A stretch of 64,000 nucleotides of DNA from Octopus vulgaris (taxonomy: Eukaryota), in NCBI GenBank assembly GCA_951406725.2, contig OX597828.1, positions 18,910,001-18,974,000 on the forward strand, read 5' to 3'. Under the pieces are notes generated by a model. That model worked only from the letters and a program-made list of their open reading frames with translations, was not told where the DNA came from and searched no databases. The translations under genes were made by a program, and so were the position numbers. Positions 1 through 12,659 of the stretch are shown in pieces. Positions within the stretch are counted from its first letter, which is position 1, and each line of letters begins with the position of its first letter.

Positions 1-134
1 TAGGTCCCAGCCCCTAAAATTTCAGGTCTTGTGCTTTTAATAGAAAGTATTATTGATGTCATTGTTTGGTGCCAAGTCAGCACTAATCAAGCAACATACA
101 TTCCAGCTTTGACCATCCTTCCTTTTGGGTTTGC

Positions 135-490
135 AACCAGATGGTTTCAGGTTCAGTTCCATTGCATGGCACCTTGGGTAATGTCTTTTACTACAGCCCC
201 AGGCTGATCCAATGCCTTGTGAGAGAATTTGGTTGACGGAAACTGAGGAAACCCATTGTCTATGTGTGTCTGTATATATATGTGCATGTGTATGTGTATG
301 TATGTGTGTGTGTTAGTTTGTTTATGTCCCTGTAACTTAGCAGATCTGTGAAAGGAGAGTGATAGAGCAAGCACCAGACCCTGAAAAATAATTATTGGAG
401 TTGAATTATTCAACTAAGCCCTTCAAGGTGGTGCCCCAGTATGGCCACAGTCCACTGACTGAAATAAACTAAAAGAAGAAAAAAGAAAAT
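135..490 (+). mobile_element. tRNA/CORE-type SINE with internal microsatellite, 5'-eroded (octopus OR-like family)
   Basis: B-box-like GGTTCAGTTCC, CORE-like GGCACCTTGGGTAATGTCTT, internal (TA/TG)n, tail GGTGGTGCCCCAGTATGGCCACAGTC..GACTGAAA; matches many copies in window. Confidence 0.8.
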
Positions 491-714
491 AAGACACAGT
501 GTAATGAGATTCACTGCTATTTTCTATATTAAAGACCAAAGGATATGATTTGATGGAGATTTGGCTGCTATTTCTTGTAGGACAAGTGTCCCTTGAGTAC
601 CACTGCTGTTGTTGTTGTTGTCGAGTGACTTGGTCACTATGTATGGCTTCTGAGAGATGTACAGTATTGAAATCAATGACCAAATTGAACAAGAACTAAT
701 GAAGCCTCGCCATA

Positions 715-915
715 ATCATTTGCTAGAAATAGCAACCAAGTCTCTATGAAACCACATACTAACATTTTCAGAAAGGAAGAAAGAATATAAAGCCAGCTTT
801 TGTTCTAAATAAAATATGCCTGAAATAAAGAAATTGGTAGGATGGTCACATCTGGAATGTCTTTCCTCATAACCACTTAAATCGAGCGAAGCCGGAGCTA
901 AGCAACAAGAACAGC
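715..915 (+). mobile_element. Dispersed repeat family 'GCTAGAAATAGCAGCCAAATC...GGATGGTCA...GCTAAACAACAAC' ((CAA)n-tailed, probably retroposed)
   Basis: Same motifs recur at about 6690-7800, 22560-22750(-), 23095-23860, 26000-26680(-), 38530-38900(-) and 53250-53840. Confidence 0.6.
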
Positions 916-1029
916 AGTAACTTGAATGTAAACCAAATATTTATTTAGGAGCAATCGTATCAGCTCTCTGTTCATAGCCCACTGATGTTTGTTGAGCACA
1001 TTATGTTGTATTGTAAGAGAGAATCTTTG

Positions 1030-2040
1030 ATGTGTGTGTGAGAAAGACAGAGACTAGCTGAGAGAGAGAGCGGGGGGAGATGGCAAGAGAGAGACAGAGA
1101 AAGTGTGTGTGTGTGTGAGAGAGCGGGGAGAGATGGCAAGAGAGAGACAGAGAAAGTGTGTGTGTGTGTGTGAGAGAGAGGGGGGAGAGATGGCAAGAAA
1201 GAGACAGAGAAAGTGTGTGTGTGTGAGAGAGAGAGATAGGAAAGAGAGAGAGAGAGATAAGAGAGAGAGAGGGAGGCAAAATGAGTCAAAGAGAGAGAGA
1301 GAGAGAGAGAAAATGCATGAGTGTGTGTGTGCAAGAGAGAGAAAGAGAGAATGTGTGGGTGTGTGAAAGAGTGTGTGTGTGTGTGAAAGAAAGAGAGAGA
1401 GAGTGTGTGTGGGAAAGATGGAGATAGGCACATATATATAGAGAGAGAGAGTATGCGCATGTTTATAGGAAAGGCAGAGAGGCAAAAAGAGTGAGAAAAA
1501 AGAGAGGAAGAGAAATAGAAAGAGAAACAAAGAGAGAAAGTGTGAGTGATTGAGAGTAAAACAGAGAATGTAGAAAGAAAGACAGATGAAGAGAGCGAGG
1601 GAGAGAGAGAATGCTCGTTTGTGTGTATGTGTGTGTAAGAAAGAGAGAGAAAGACAGAGAGGAAAGAGTGAGTGAAAGAGAAGGAGGAATAGACAGAGAA
1701 GCAGAAGGAGTATTTATATTTGAGAGAGAAATAGAGAAAAAGGAAACGTATGGAGGGAGAAAGAAGGAAGGGGTGTGAAAGAGAGTGGGTGAGTGTATGC
1801 TTATGACAGAGGGGAAGAGAGAGAGAGAGGGAGGGAGTAAGAAGATGTGTGCTTGGAGAATGAGAAAAGAATGAGAGAGAGGAAGAGAGAAAAAGAGAGA
1901 GAGAAACAGGTAGAGGTAAAAAGAGATGGAGTGAGAGAAAGAGAGGTAGCAGAGAGAGAGAGAGAAGAAGAGGAGGAGGAGGAAAAGGAGAGGGTGTGCA
2001 AGTATGTGGATCTAGAAAGCAGGAAATGGGAGGTGTGTAG
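1030..2040 (+). repeat. GA/GT compound low-complexity tract with a ~55-60-bp unit repeated three times at 1045-1230
   Basis: GAGATGGCAAGA..GAGACAGAGAAAGTGTGTGTG occurs three times; remainder is purine-rich (GA)n. Confidence 0.9.
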
Positions 2041-2124
2041 GTGAGTGGATTTTATTTTAACAATTGTGTGGTTTTTCAAAAGACATTTCGTTTCCTACAC
2101 TGAATGAGTAAAGAGATCTTTTAG

Positions 2125-2572
2125 AAGCTGCTCAAACAGACCAGTTGTGTGGTGTTATATCTAACAAGGAGTACAGGGCGTCCATCCGATATGACAGATT
2201 AAGATATCCGCTTCACGACTACCTAGTTTTAAGTTCAATCCCGCTGCACAACAAGCATCTTCTAATCCGTAGTCTTGGGCCGACCCAAGGTTCCTGTCTT
2301 CCTGACGGAAATTTGGTACATGGAGACTCGGGAAGAAATCTGTTGGACAAGCCATTTCTCATTTTGAGCAGAGTGGAAAGCTTAAGCCATTGTCCAGTTA
2401 AACACCACCACTTCACTCAGTCCTTTGAGTGCCTCTCAAAGAAGGGGCCATTCTGTTTCTGTTGCAAATACTCGGACCAGATCTTCAATTTGGGGATAAC
2501 TTTTTCCTTACTCTCCAAAAGTCACACAAAGGAGCTAAAAAAAATATTTCATCAAGGACACTGCTGTTCTGA
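2125..2572 (+). other. Candidate exon in unique sequence; product unknown
   Basis: Non-repetitive island; TTTTAG| acceptor at 2124, GA|GTAAGC donor at 2573, upstream AG|GTGAGT donor at 2041; one frame is open from 2112 to 2573; no recognisable protein motif. Confidence 0.25.
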
Positions 2573-2661
2573 GTAAGCACTAATTAAATTAAAAAAGAAA
2601 AGTACTTAAAACAAACGATATTTAATTATAATTTATAGCTGGTAATTCGGATTGGATTTTG

Positions 2662-2713
<52 letters not shown>

Positions 2714-3240
2714 ACATGTGTGTTTGTGTCTGCGTGGTAGATTACGTGTTCAAACCACGCAAATTCCTTTGGCATTGAAGAACTCAATCATACGGTTCTA
2801 GTGAGTAAAAAAAAAAAAAAACGGAAGAAAGATTGGATTGGTGAACTTAGAAAATGTAAGTAGCTAAAACTATTTGTTGAATTAGTATTGACTGGTATGT
2901 TGTCTTCTGTTGACATCATCCTAAGTATGTGTGTGTGTGCGTGTGCGTGCGTGCGAGTTTGGTATGTGGTATGTGTGTGTGCGCGTGTGCATGCACACGC
3001 GCATTTGTATGTGTATTTTAGTATGTGTAAATGCCAGTGTGCATATGTGTATATGCGGATATATATATATGTATGTATATATGTATACATGTATTTGTAT
3101 GTATGTATGTCTGTGATAGTGTGTGTGTATATAGACACATATATGTGGGTGTGTTTATATGTGTTTGCACATCTATATATATGCATGTATATGTTTATAT
3201 GAATGTATATTTATATGCATGTTTGTGTACATGCATATAC

Positions 3241-3272
<32 letters not shown>

Positions 3273-3794
3273 TGTATGTATGTATGTATGTATATAGCTG
3301 TGTAGCTGTGTGCCTGCATATATATATACATGTGTATATTTGTACTCGCATGTATGTATATTATGTGTGTGTGTGTGTGTATGTGTTATCTTCTGTCAGC
3401 CACTGAATAAGGAATGTACACCCACCTTTGAATTTCACATTTGACAGGAAACAACAAATTAACAACTTATCTTCTATGCTTGTTGCCCAACCTATTCCAC
3501 ACAACACAATTGTAGCTGCCATATCTCCCTTCAACAAACTCCCTTTTTTGTTGTTGTTATTTGTTTCCTTCTACACCAGCCTTAGCCAAGCTGACCTATA
3601 TAGTCAAAGGCATTCCATCCTTGACCATCCTGTCTTTATCATGCATAGTTCATTTCGGGATATCCACTGTGTCTATTTTTATTTTTATTTAAATTTTTTA
3701 GATTCTTTTGGGGTTTTTTTTAACTTAGCTCTTTCACAATTATATTTTTGATGAAGTATAAATTACTGTTTTGTTACTTTTATTTATTTTTTTA

Positions 3795-4165
3795 TTTTTC
3801 ACATGTTTCAGTCATTTGACTGTGGCCATACTGGAGCACCACCTTAAAGGGTTTTTTTTTTAGTTGAAGAAATTGACCCCCAGGACTTATTCTTTGTGAA
3901 ACTAGTATTTATTCTATCAGTCTCTTTCACCAAATTTCTAAGTCACGGGGACATAAACACACCAACATCGGTTGTCAAGTGATGGTGGGGGAACAAACAC
4001 AGACACAAAGACACACACATAAATATATATATATATATATATATGAAAGGCTTCTTTCAGTTTCTATCTGCCAAATCCACCCACAAAGATTTGGTCAGTC
4101 TGAGGCTATAGTAGAAGACACCTGCCTGAGGTGCCACGCAGTGGGACTGAACCTGGAACCATGTA
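3795..4165 (-). mobile_element. tRNA/CORE SINE with internal microsatellite
   Basis: Reverse complement of the family consensus (TGTTTCAGTCATTTGACTGTGGCC...GTGGGACTGAACC). Confidence 0.85.
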
Positions 4166-4242
4166 GTTATTAATTTTTCAAAATATTCACGAGTTTTACT
4201 AAGGTTTACCATTCTTGTTACCATGTTTCTGTTGAAATATAT

Positions 4243-5552
<1,310 letters not shown>

Positions 5553-5913
5553 TACTTCAGCAGCATTTTTACTTTCTGTATTCAAATTCCACTAAGACTG
5601 ACTTTGCCTTTCTTCCCTTGTGGGACCAATAAAAAAATACCAGTTAAGCACTGAGGTCGATGCAACCAACTTATCTCCCCTCCCTAAAAATTGCTGGCCT
5701 TGTGCAAAAATATGAAACCAATATCTATTCCAGTTCTGTGAGTTCTAAGCTTAAACCCAGTCTCGTGACCCAAAAGACAGTGACACTTCTGTCAAGAACT
5801 ATGACCATCCCAATCTATATTTCAATTATACTGTGTGTATAAATGTAGCATTACATCATCCAAGGTGTCCCTTCTACTTTGATCCAAGGGACATTTAGTT
5901 GTTATTTCTACAA

Positions 5914-6079
5914 GGTGCAGGAGTGGCTGTGTGGTTAGTACCTTGCTTACCAACCACATGGTTCCGGGTTCATTCCTACTGCGTGGTACCTTGGCCAAGT
6001 GTCTTCTACTATAGCCTCAGGAGTGACCAAAGCCTTGTGAGCGAATTTGGTAGACAGAAACTGAAAGAAGCCCATCATA

Positions 6080-6140
<61 letters not shown>

Positions 6141-6357
6141 TTGTATATGTTTGTGTGTCTGTGTTTGTCCCCCAACATCGCTTGACAACCAATGCTGGTG
6201 TGTTTACATCCCCGTAACTTGGCGGTTCGGCAAAAGAGACCGATAGAATAAGTACTAGGCTTATAAAGAATAAGTCCTGGGGTCGATTTGCTCGACTAAA
6301 GGCGGTGCTCCAGTCTGGCCACAGTCAAATGACTGAAACGAGTAAAAGAGAGTAAAA
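5914..6357 (+). mobile_element. Full-length tRNA/CORE SINE with internal (TA)n(TG)n
   Basis: A-box TGGCTGTGTGG, B-box-like GGTTCATTCC, CORE-like ACCTTGGCCAAGTGTCTT, 3' stem-loop CAGTCAAATGACTG and GTAAAAGA tail repeats. Confidence 0.9.
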
Positions 6358-6395
6358 GGTCTAACAACTATTTTAAGGCTTACCTCAATGTTCCA

Positions 6396-6438
<43 letters not shown>

Positions 6439-6689
6439 ATCTCTCTATCTATCTATCTATCTTTTATAACAGAAGTGACACTGTGACCTCCCTGCTGTAA
6501 ATTACCAAATTTTAGGTCAAAGTTCAATAATTGTCAGCGTAAATCCAAGATGGCTATGATTAAAAATTATGATTAAATGCTTTGTTTAATCAGATATGTG
6601 TGTATAGAATCGACCTGTCCAAACAAAGGAGATAGCATCCAGATCATCATCATCATTAATGGAAAATGGAGACTGCGACATGGTCAAAT

Positions 6690-7805
6690 TTATCAGCTAG
6701 AAATAGCAGCTAAATCTCATTTGATTCACACATCAGGCGTCGTTACCCTTACTATCCTTACCATCATCACTATCATCACCCACCTGAGATAATGTGTTTT
6801 TAGGTATACTGTGTTTGAATATTAAGTTGGGATGGTCACATTAGGAATGTCTTCAGTCATAGGTTTTGTTCAGTCTGGACTAACTAGGGACTAAGCTACA
6901 ACAACAACAACTACTACAATAACAACAGTAACATCTAACACTATTATGTAACAACTGAGGCAACCTCTATGTGGTTATTTGATCTGTTAGAAATAGCAGC
7001 TAAATCTTCCTTAAATGAGATCCTGCCATCTTTAAAAAAAATGAAGGAGACACATTGGATGATGTAGTTGTTGATATTCCATGATTGTAAAGAAAAAAAC
7101 GACAGGATGGCCACAATTGTATTGTCTTTTGATTATAATTCTGTTTGCTCAGAAGTATCTTAGGGTTGAATAACACCAACATCAACCAACAGAAGAAAGA
7201 GTTTCTAGGTGAGCACTCAACCTGCAAGAAATAGCAGTCATATGTCTTTCAAATCAGACTTCATCTTTGTTGAAAAAGTTGCTTTGGATAATGTAACCCT
7301 GGGTTTCCTACACGTAGGTAAAAGGCAGGATGGTCACTAATGGATTACTTTTGTTGATATATATATTAACAGGAGAGACCTGGTGCTAAAGAATACCAAA
7401 ACATTTAAATCATGGTGCTTGAATCTGTTGAAAACAACAGCCAATTCTTCTAAAATTTTACTCTACCATTCTCAAAAATGAAGGACTGTTTCAATGATGT
7501 AGTCTTCGATAGACTAGGTTTTTAAAACATGCAAAACAAAACTAGATGAGATGGTCACGGTTGGAGCAAATTTTATTATTGTTCTGATCAATCCTAGCTT
7601 GACTTAGCGCCAAAAAACGTTGCTAATGGCAATGAAGAGCACATGAGATGATATAGTCCTAGATATATTTATACCGTGAGAAAAGAATATGAAAAGGAAA
7701 AGACAGGTTAGTTCAAACTGAAATGCATATGAGATCCATAGGTCTGTTTGATCATAGGGCTGATTGACCATAACTGACCCAGGGCTAAAACAACAAGAAC
7801 AACAG
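6690..7805 (+). repeat. Head-to-tail array of about five diverged copies of the (CAA)n-tailed family
   Basis: AGAAATAGCAG-like starts near 6700, 6989, 7227 and 7430; GATGG(T/C)CA near 6831, 7106, 7330 and 7550; CAA-rich ends. Confidence 0.6.
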
Positions 7806-8359
7806 CAGTATTTAAAAGTAAGAAATTAAATAGTTTGACTAGCGTCATATTCTGTGATAAGTTACCGTTTTTAACCCATTAACTGGCATAGCATTCCTTG
7901 CTATCGCCACGGTTGCAACATCCATTACACAGAATTTCACACCTATATATTGCTCTTGCCTCATACCTCTGAATGTCTTCACACATTTCTGCTAATGCCA
8001 ACACCATTTTATCCCTCTAAGACTGCCACCTTGATGCATTCTTCTAATTCTTTTTCCAAATAGCTGAGATCCCATAGAGTTCTTGTATTCAGTTTCTGTA
8101 GTTGTTAATTGGATAGGAGACAAATATGTACACTCGGATTGGATATTGGGAGGACTTGAACTCTGGAACTCTGTACTGCAACCTAGTGAACCACTCATCG
8201 GTTTTTGTATGCTACCACTGCTTACGACAGTGCTTTGCAGAACCTATTTTTCTGCTAGGTGGGTTAGTTTTGTCATGTTTAACATGTGAAGTATTTGCAG
8301 TTAAGTAAGGAAATAAGTAGGGGCTGAAGTAAGGAAATATTAGTCAACCCCAGGTTAAG

Positions 8360-8394
<35 letters not shown>

Positions 8395-8575
8395 ACATCA
8401 TCATCAACGTCATCAGCAACATCATCATCAACATCTTTATCATCAATTGCATCATCATCATCATCTTTGTCAACATCATCATTATCATCATGATCGTTGT
8501 CATCTTCATCATCATCATTATTGTCAAGATCGTCATCGTCAATAGCAACGTCATCATTACCATCATCATCATCAA
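8360..8575 (+). repeat. Imperfect (CAT)n microsatellite
   Basis: Direct reading. Confidence 0.95.
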
Positions 8576-9258
8576 TCGAGAGATGAGTCAATGAGTCACT
8601 CCTTTCCTATTTGGTCAATCAACCTGCTAGAAATAGCAGCCAAAACTCTCTAACGCACACCATACCATTTTTAACCCTGCACCTCCAAATAGCATGACAG
8701 TACTTCCACTCTTTTTACAACTACATTTTCACTCTAGTGCAGCTGCACTTCCACTATTGTACAGCTGCACTTACACTCCAGTGCAACTGCACTTCATTCA
8801 GATAAACGCATCACCAATTTTTAATATCCACTTTTCTATGCTTGCATGGGTTGGACGGAATTTATTGAGGTAAATTTTTCTACAGTTGGATGCCCTTCCT
8901 GTCACTAACCCTTGCTTCCCCATGGCCAGACGTCTTTTCCATACAATATTGAAAATAGATGGCATTCACATACAACAGTCATGTGATGTGAAATCAAGGT
9001 AATAGAAACATATACACATTCACATGCAGATACATACATATATTCATACATACACACACACACACACAAGCATATACATACATACACACATATATATATA
9101 CATATACACATATGTGTCCGAGTTTATATGATTGTGTATAGAAGAATATATTAACTGATTAAATTCCAACCTTGTCTGATTTTCACATTTTATTATTTAC
9201 ATTTTTTTCAATTTTACAATATTATATGATAATAGATTATTATATATTTATTGTGATA

Positions 9259-9296
9259 AAACTAGTACTTTCATGCGTTATGCAATCATCAGGTTT
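9259..9296 (-). ncRNA. Minimal type I hammerhead ribozyme motif, intact core, within a ~220-bp AT-rich element at about 9115-9337
   Basis: Minus strand AAAC-CTGATGA-T TGC ATAAC GCA T-GAA-AGTACT-A-GTTT: helix I AAAC/GTTT, palindromic helix III AGTACT, CUA cleavage triplet; AATAAA just downstream. Confidence 0.8.
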
Positions 9297-9349
9297 ATGT
9301 AGCAGTGGAGACAATTTTTCCACAATTGACAACTGTCATATATATATAT

Positions 9350-9549
9350 AGTTAATCCCCAAAAAAACGAAGAACAAACACAAGAAAAAAACAATGCAAG
9401 GATGTGGTACATGCAAAGTATTAGCAGATGCTCAAGGAAGCAAAGAAAGGTAGTTTTACATTTTGAGCAAAGCTCTTCATCAGAAACCGGAGATGGAGAA
9501 AAGTCCAAGAGGAAAATTGCCAGCGATCCACATGTGATTACATTTTGAA
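9350..9549 (-). mobile_element. ~200-bp non-coding hammerhead-carrying element (Penelope-like, non-autonomous) with decayed core
   Basis: GTTT-CTGATGA-A GAGC TTT GCTC-AAAATGT-A-AAAC, consistent with CpG decay of GCTC GAAACGT; homologous to 57198-57390, 24495-24672 and 47028-47212. Confidence 0.65.
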
Positions 9550-9585
9550 AGGACAGAAACAAGTAAAAGAATATATATATATATT

Positions 9586-9875
9586 TATTCTTTTACTTGT
9601 TTCAGTCCTTTGTGGCCATGCTGGAGCATTTCCTTTAGTCAAACAAATCAATCCCAGGACTTATTCTTTGTAAGCCTACAACTTATACTATTGGTCTCTT
9701 TTGCCAAACTGCTATGACAGGCTTCTTTCAGATTCCATATACCAAATCTACTCATAAGGGTTTGGTTGGCCTAGTGCCATAGCAAAAGACATTTTCCCAA
9801 AATGCCATGTTGTGGGAGTGAACCTGAAACCATGTAGTTGGGAAGCAAGCTTCTTACCACAGAGCCATAACAGCA
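9586..9875 (-). mobile_element. tRNA/CORE SINE with internal deletion
   Basis: Tail and head present; central microsatellite segment missing. Confidence 0.75.
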
Positions 9876-10008
9876 TCTATAAATAAAAATGTTTGCTTTG
9901 TTTTTTTATGTATATTCTATAATGTTATCTAATCAATCGATCAAAAGCTTCTATTGTGACCATCCATTCAAAATATTATTTTCATAAATAGTGCTTCTAG
10001 ATGTACAA

Positions 10009-10296
10009 CAGAAGTTCTCAACTAGGGTCTATATGACTCTCGTGGGTCCATATTGCCCTTGGAGGTCCATATTACCTTTGGGGGTCCATGCAATATTTTG
10101 TTGAAATTTATGTGCAGTGAATTGGTTATATGTCGAAAAATCGAAATATTTTAACAATTTATTATGTAGAATTCATAATATTCATTGATAAAAATTTAAT
10201 TGAATTCTTTAAACATGGACTGGCTTTGAAGGTCCAGTCGAGTAAAAGTGTAAGCCAAATGGTTCCAGAGGTACAAAAAATGGCTGAGAAACACTC
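10009..10296. mobile_element. hAT-like MITE
   Basis: Termini CAGAAGTTCTCAAC ... GCTGAGAAACACTC (degenerate CAGTGGTTCTCAAC TIR); homologous to 23331-23577. Confidence 0.6.
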
Positions 10297-10303
10297 ATAT
10301 ACA

Positions 10304-10481
10304 TTATAGAGTAAGTAGTGTCTGGTTTAAGATTGCGGCACATAATTTTGAATAGTGTGGAGGTGGGTTTCGTTTCATTCCGGTGTTTCTGCAAGCAGAA
10401 GGCGGGACCAGGTCAATGTCAATATTATGGAAAGAAATTGAACTTCCCCTTGTAGGTCTAGCTTGTTCTTGGTCATTCCCC
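10304..10481 (-). other. Candidate terminal exon (GNDQEQARPTRGSSISFHNIDIDLVPPSACRNTGMKRNPPPHYSKLCAAILNQTLLTL*)
   Basis: Strong polypyrimidine acceptor TTTGTTCTTCACAG|, unique sequence, open frame ending in TAA, contains a PPxY motif; no family recognised. Confidence 0.25.
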
Positions 10482-10544
10482 CTGTGAAGAACAAACATTA
10501 GGAAAAACAGTAACAAAAGACATTTCTTGTAGCTAGATCTTCTT

Positions 10545-11560
10545 GGAAGTGCAGTAGTACTGGAGCGGAAAAATGGAAGTGCAGTTGTACAGGAGTGGGA
10601 ATACAGCTGTACAAGAGTGGGTGTGCAATTGTACAAGAGCGGAAGAAAGTGCAGTTTCAAAAAAGTGAAAGTATAGATGTACGAGAGTGGTCTTGTAATC
10701 ATGGTATTTGGTAGTGCAGCTCTACCATCTTGAAACTAGTGTATGCTATTTTAGAAGTGCACTTGTCCTATTTTGAAAGTGCAGTAGTATCATTTTGAAA
10801 CTACTGTTGTACTACACAAAAAATGCAGTTGCTCTATTTTGAAATTGCAGTTTTATGAATGACTGTGGAAGTGCAGCTGTATGTTTCAGAATGCACTTGT
10901 GTTGTGTTAAAAATGTGCAGCAATGTTATATTAGAAGTGGTGCTATGGTGTGCTGCATGTGTAGTCATGTAGGAATGTAGTCATATCTTAAAAGTGCAGT
11001 TATATTTATTTAAGGAGTGCAGTTCTATTATTTTGATATTGCAGTTATAGTACATCAGAAGTGCAGATGTGGAAATATTGTTGTGTTCTGTTGAAAGTGC
11101 AGTTTGTGCAACATTAAAAAGTGCAGTTGTGTTATTTTGGAAATGTAGTTGTGGTGTTTTTGAATTGCTTTTGTGCAATTTTGGCAATCTAGTTATGTTT
11201 TTTTTTTTAAATTGCTATTTTACTTCAATAGCAATGCAGTTGTATGTAACAAAAATGCATTAATGCCATTTTTTTTACTTGCAGTTGCATAAATGCTGCT
11301 GAACCACATACTAAATGCGGAGTGCTAATTTGAAAATGCATTTGTGCTAATGTGGCAAATCAGTTGTGCATTATAGAATTACAATTATTTTTTTGGCAGT
11401 GAATCATGCACTTTAATAGCAGTACAGTTGTTGTAATACAGAGAAAGTGCTGGACCAACTTAGAAATGCATTATGCTATGGTGAAAGTGCAGCTGTGCTG
11501 CACTGAAAGTGTTGTTCTATTATTTTGCCAGTAATATCATTTTAGTGGTGCATTTGCCAC
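10545..11560 (+). repeat. Degenerate ~22-bp minisatellite (AAGTGCAGTTGT core)
   Basis: GTGCAGTT/ATGCAGTT motifs recur at ~22-bp spacing; continues at 12660-13060; inverted copy at 8670-8800. Confidence 0.75.
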
Positions 11561-11574
11561 ATGTTCTTCATTTA

Positions 11575-11908
11575 CTCTTTACTCTTTCTCTTTTACTCTT
11601 TTACTTGTTTCAGTCATTTGACTGTGGCCATGCTGGAGCACTGCCTTTAGTCGAACAAATCAACCCCAGGACTTATTCTTTGTAAGCCTAGTACTTATTC
11701 TATCGGTCTCTTTCGCTGAACCGCTAAGTTATGGGGACATAAACACACCAGCATCGGTTGTCAAGCGATGTTAGGGAGACACACAAGCACATACACACAC
11801 ATACATATATATATATATAATATACATATATATGACGGGCTTCTTTCAATTCCGTCTACCAAATCCACTCACAAGGCTTTGGTCAGCTTGAGGTTATAGT
11901 AGAAGACA
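11575..11908 (-). mobile_element. tRNA/CORE SINE, head missing
   Basis: Matches family consensus on minus strand. Confidence 0.85.
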
Positions 11909-11924
11909 ACCCGAGTCTTTAGTA

Positions 11925-12212
11925 GAAGTCAACCTCATCGGAATTTGAACTCAGAACGTAAAGACAGACGAAATACCTATTTCTTTACTGTCCACAAGGG
12001 GCTACATACAGAGGGGACAAACAAGAACAGACAAACGGATTAAGTCGATTAGATTGATCCCCAGTACACAACTGGTACCTAATTTATCGACCCTGAAAGG
12101 ATGAAAGGCAAAGTCGACCTCAGCGGAATTTGAACTCGGGACGTAACGGCAGACGAAATACCGCTAAGCATTTTGCCCGATATGCTAACAATGCTGCCAG
12201 CTCACTGCCTTA
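11925..12212 (-). mobile_element. Nin-domain SINE nested in, or tandem with, another copy of the same family
   Basis: CAGACGAAATACC at about 11965-11977 and 12149-12162 flanks a near-complete body; partial second body at 11925-11965. Confidence 0.75.
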
Positions 12213-12659
12213 CATTTTTTAAAGTTATAAGAGCCATCCAAGTAAGGCATGGCTGTGTGGTAAGAAGTTTGGTTCTCAACCACATGATTTCAGGTTCAGT
12301 CCCACTGCATGGCACCTTGGGCAAGTGTCTTCGTGATTGAATTTGGTAAGCAAAAGTTTCCATCGTGTGTGTACATGTGTGTGTAAGTACTTGTGCCGCC
12401 TAACAGAGAGGAAAGGGAAGGATGTCCATAGGTGAAAAGTCTTTGAGAACCACTGCTTTCTTGCTTTTGGCATTTAACTATGGCAGGCTAAAAGCCTTAG
12501 TCACAGACACAATACAATGTTATTAATAGGTTATGAAACACTGACGCCGTGGTTGTTTCTTCACTTAACCTACCAATCCAACCAACCGACCGACCGACCA
12601 ATCATAATTTGAAGGCCGCACATTAATTTACAAAATACCAAAAGAAAATTTCAATCTTC

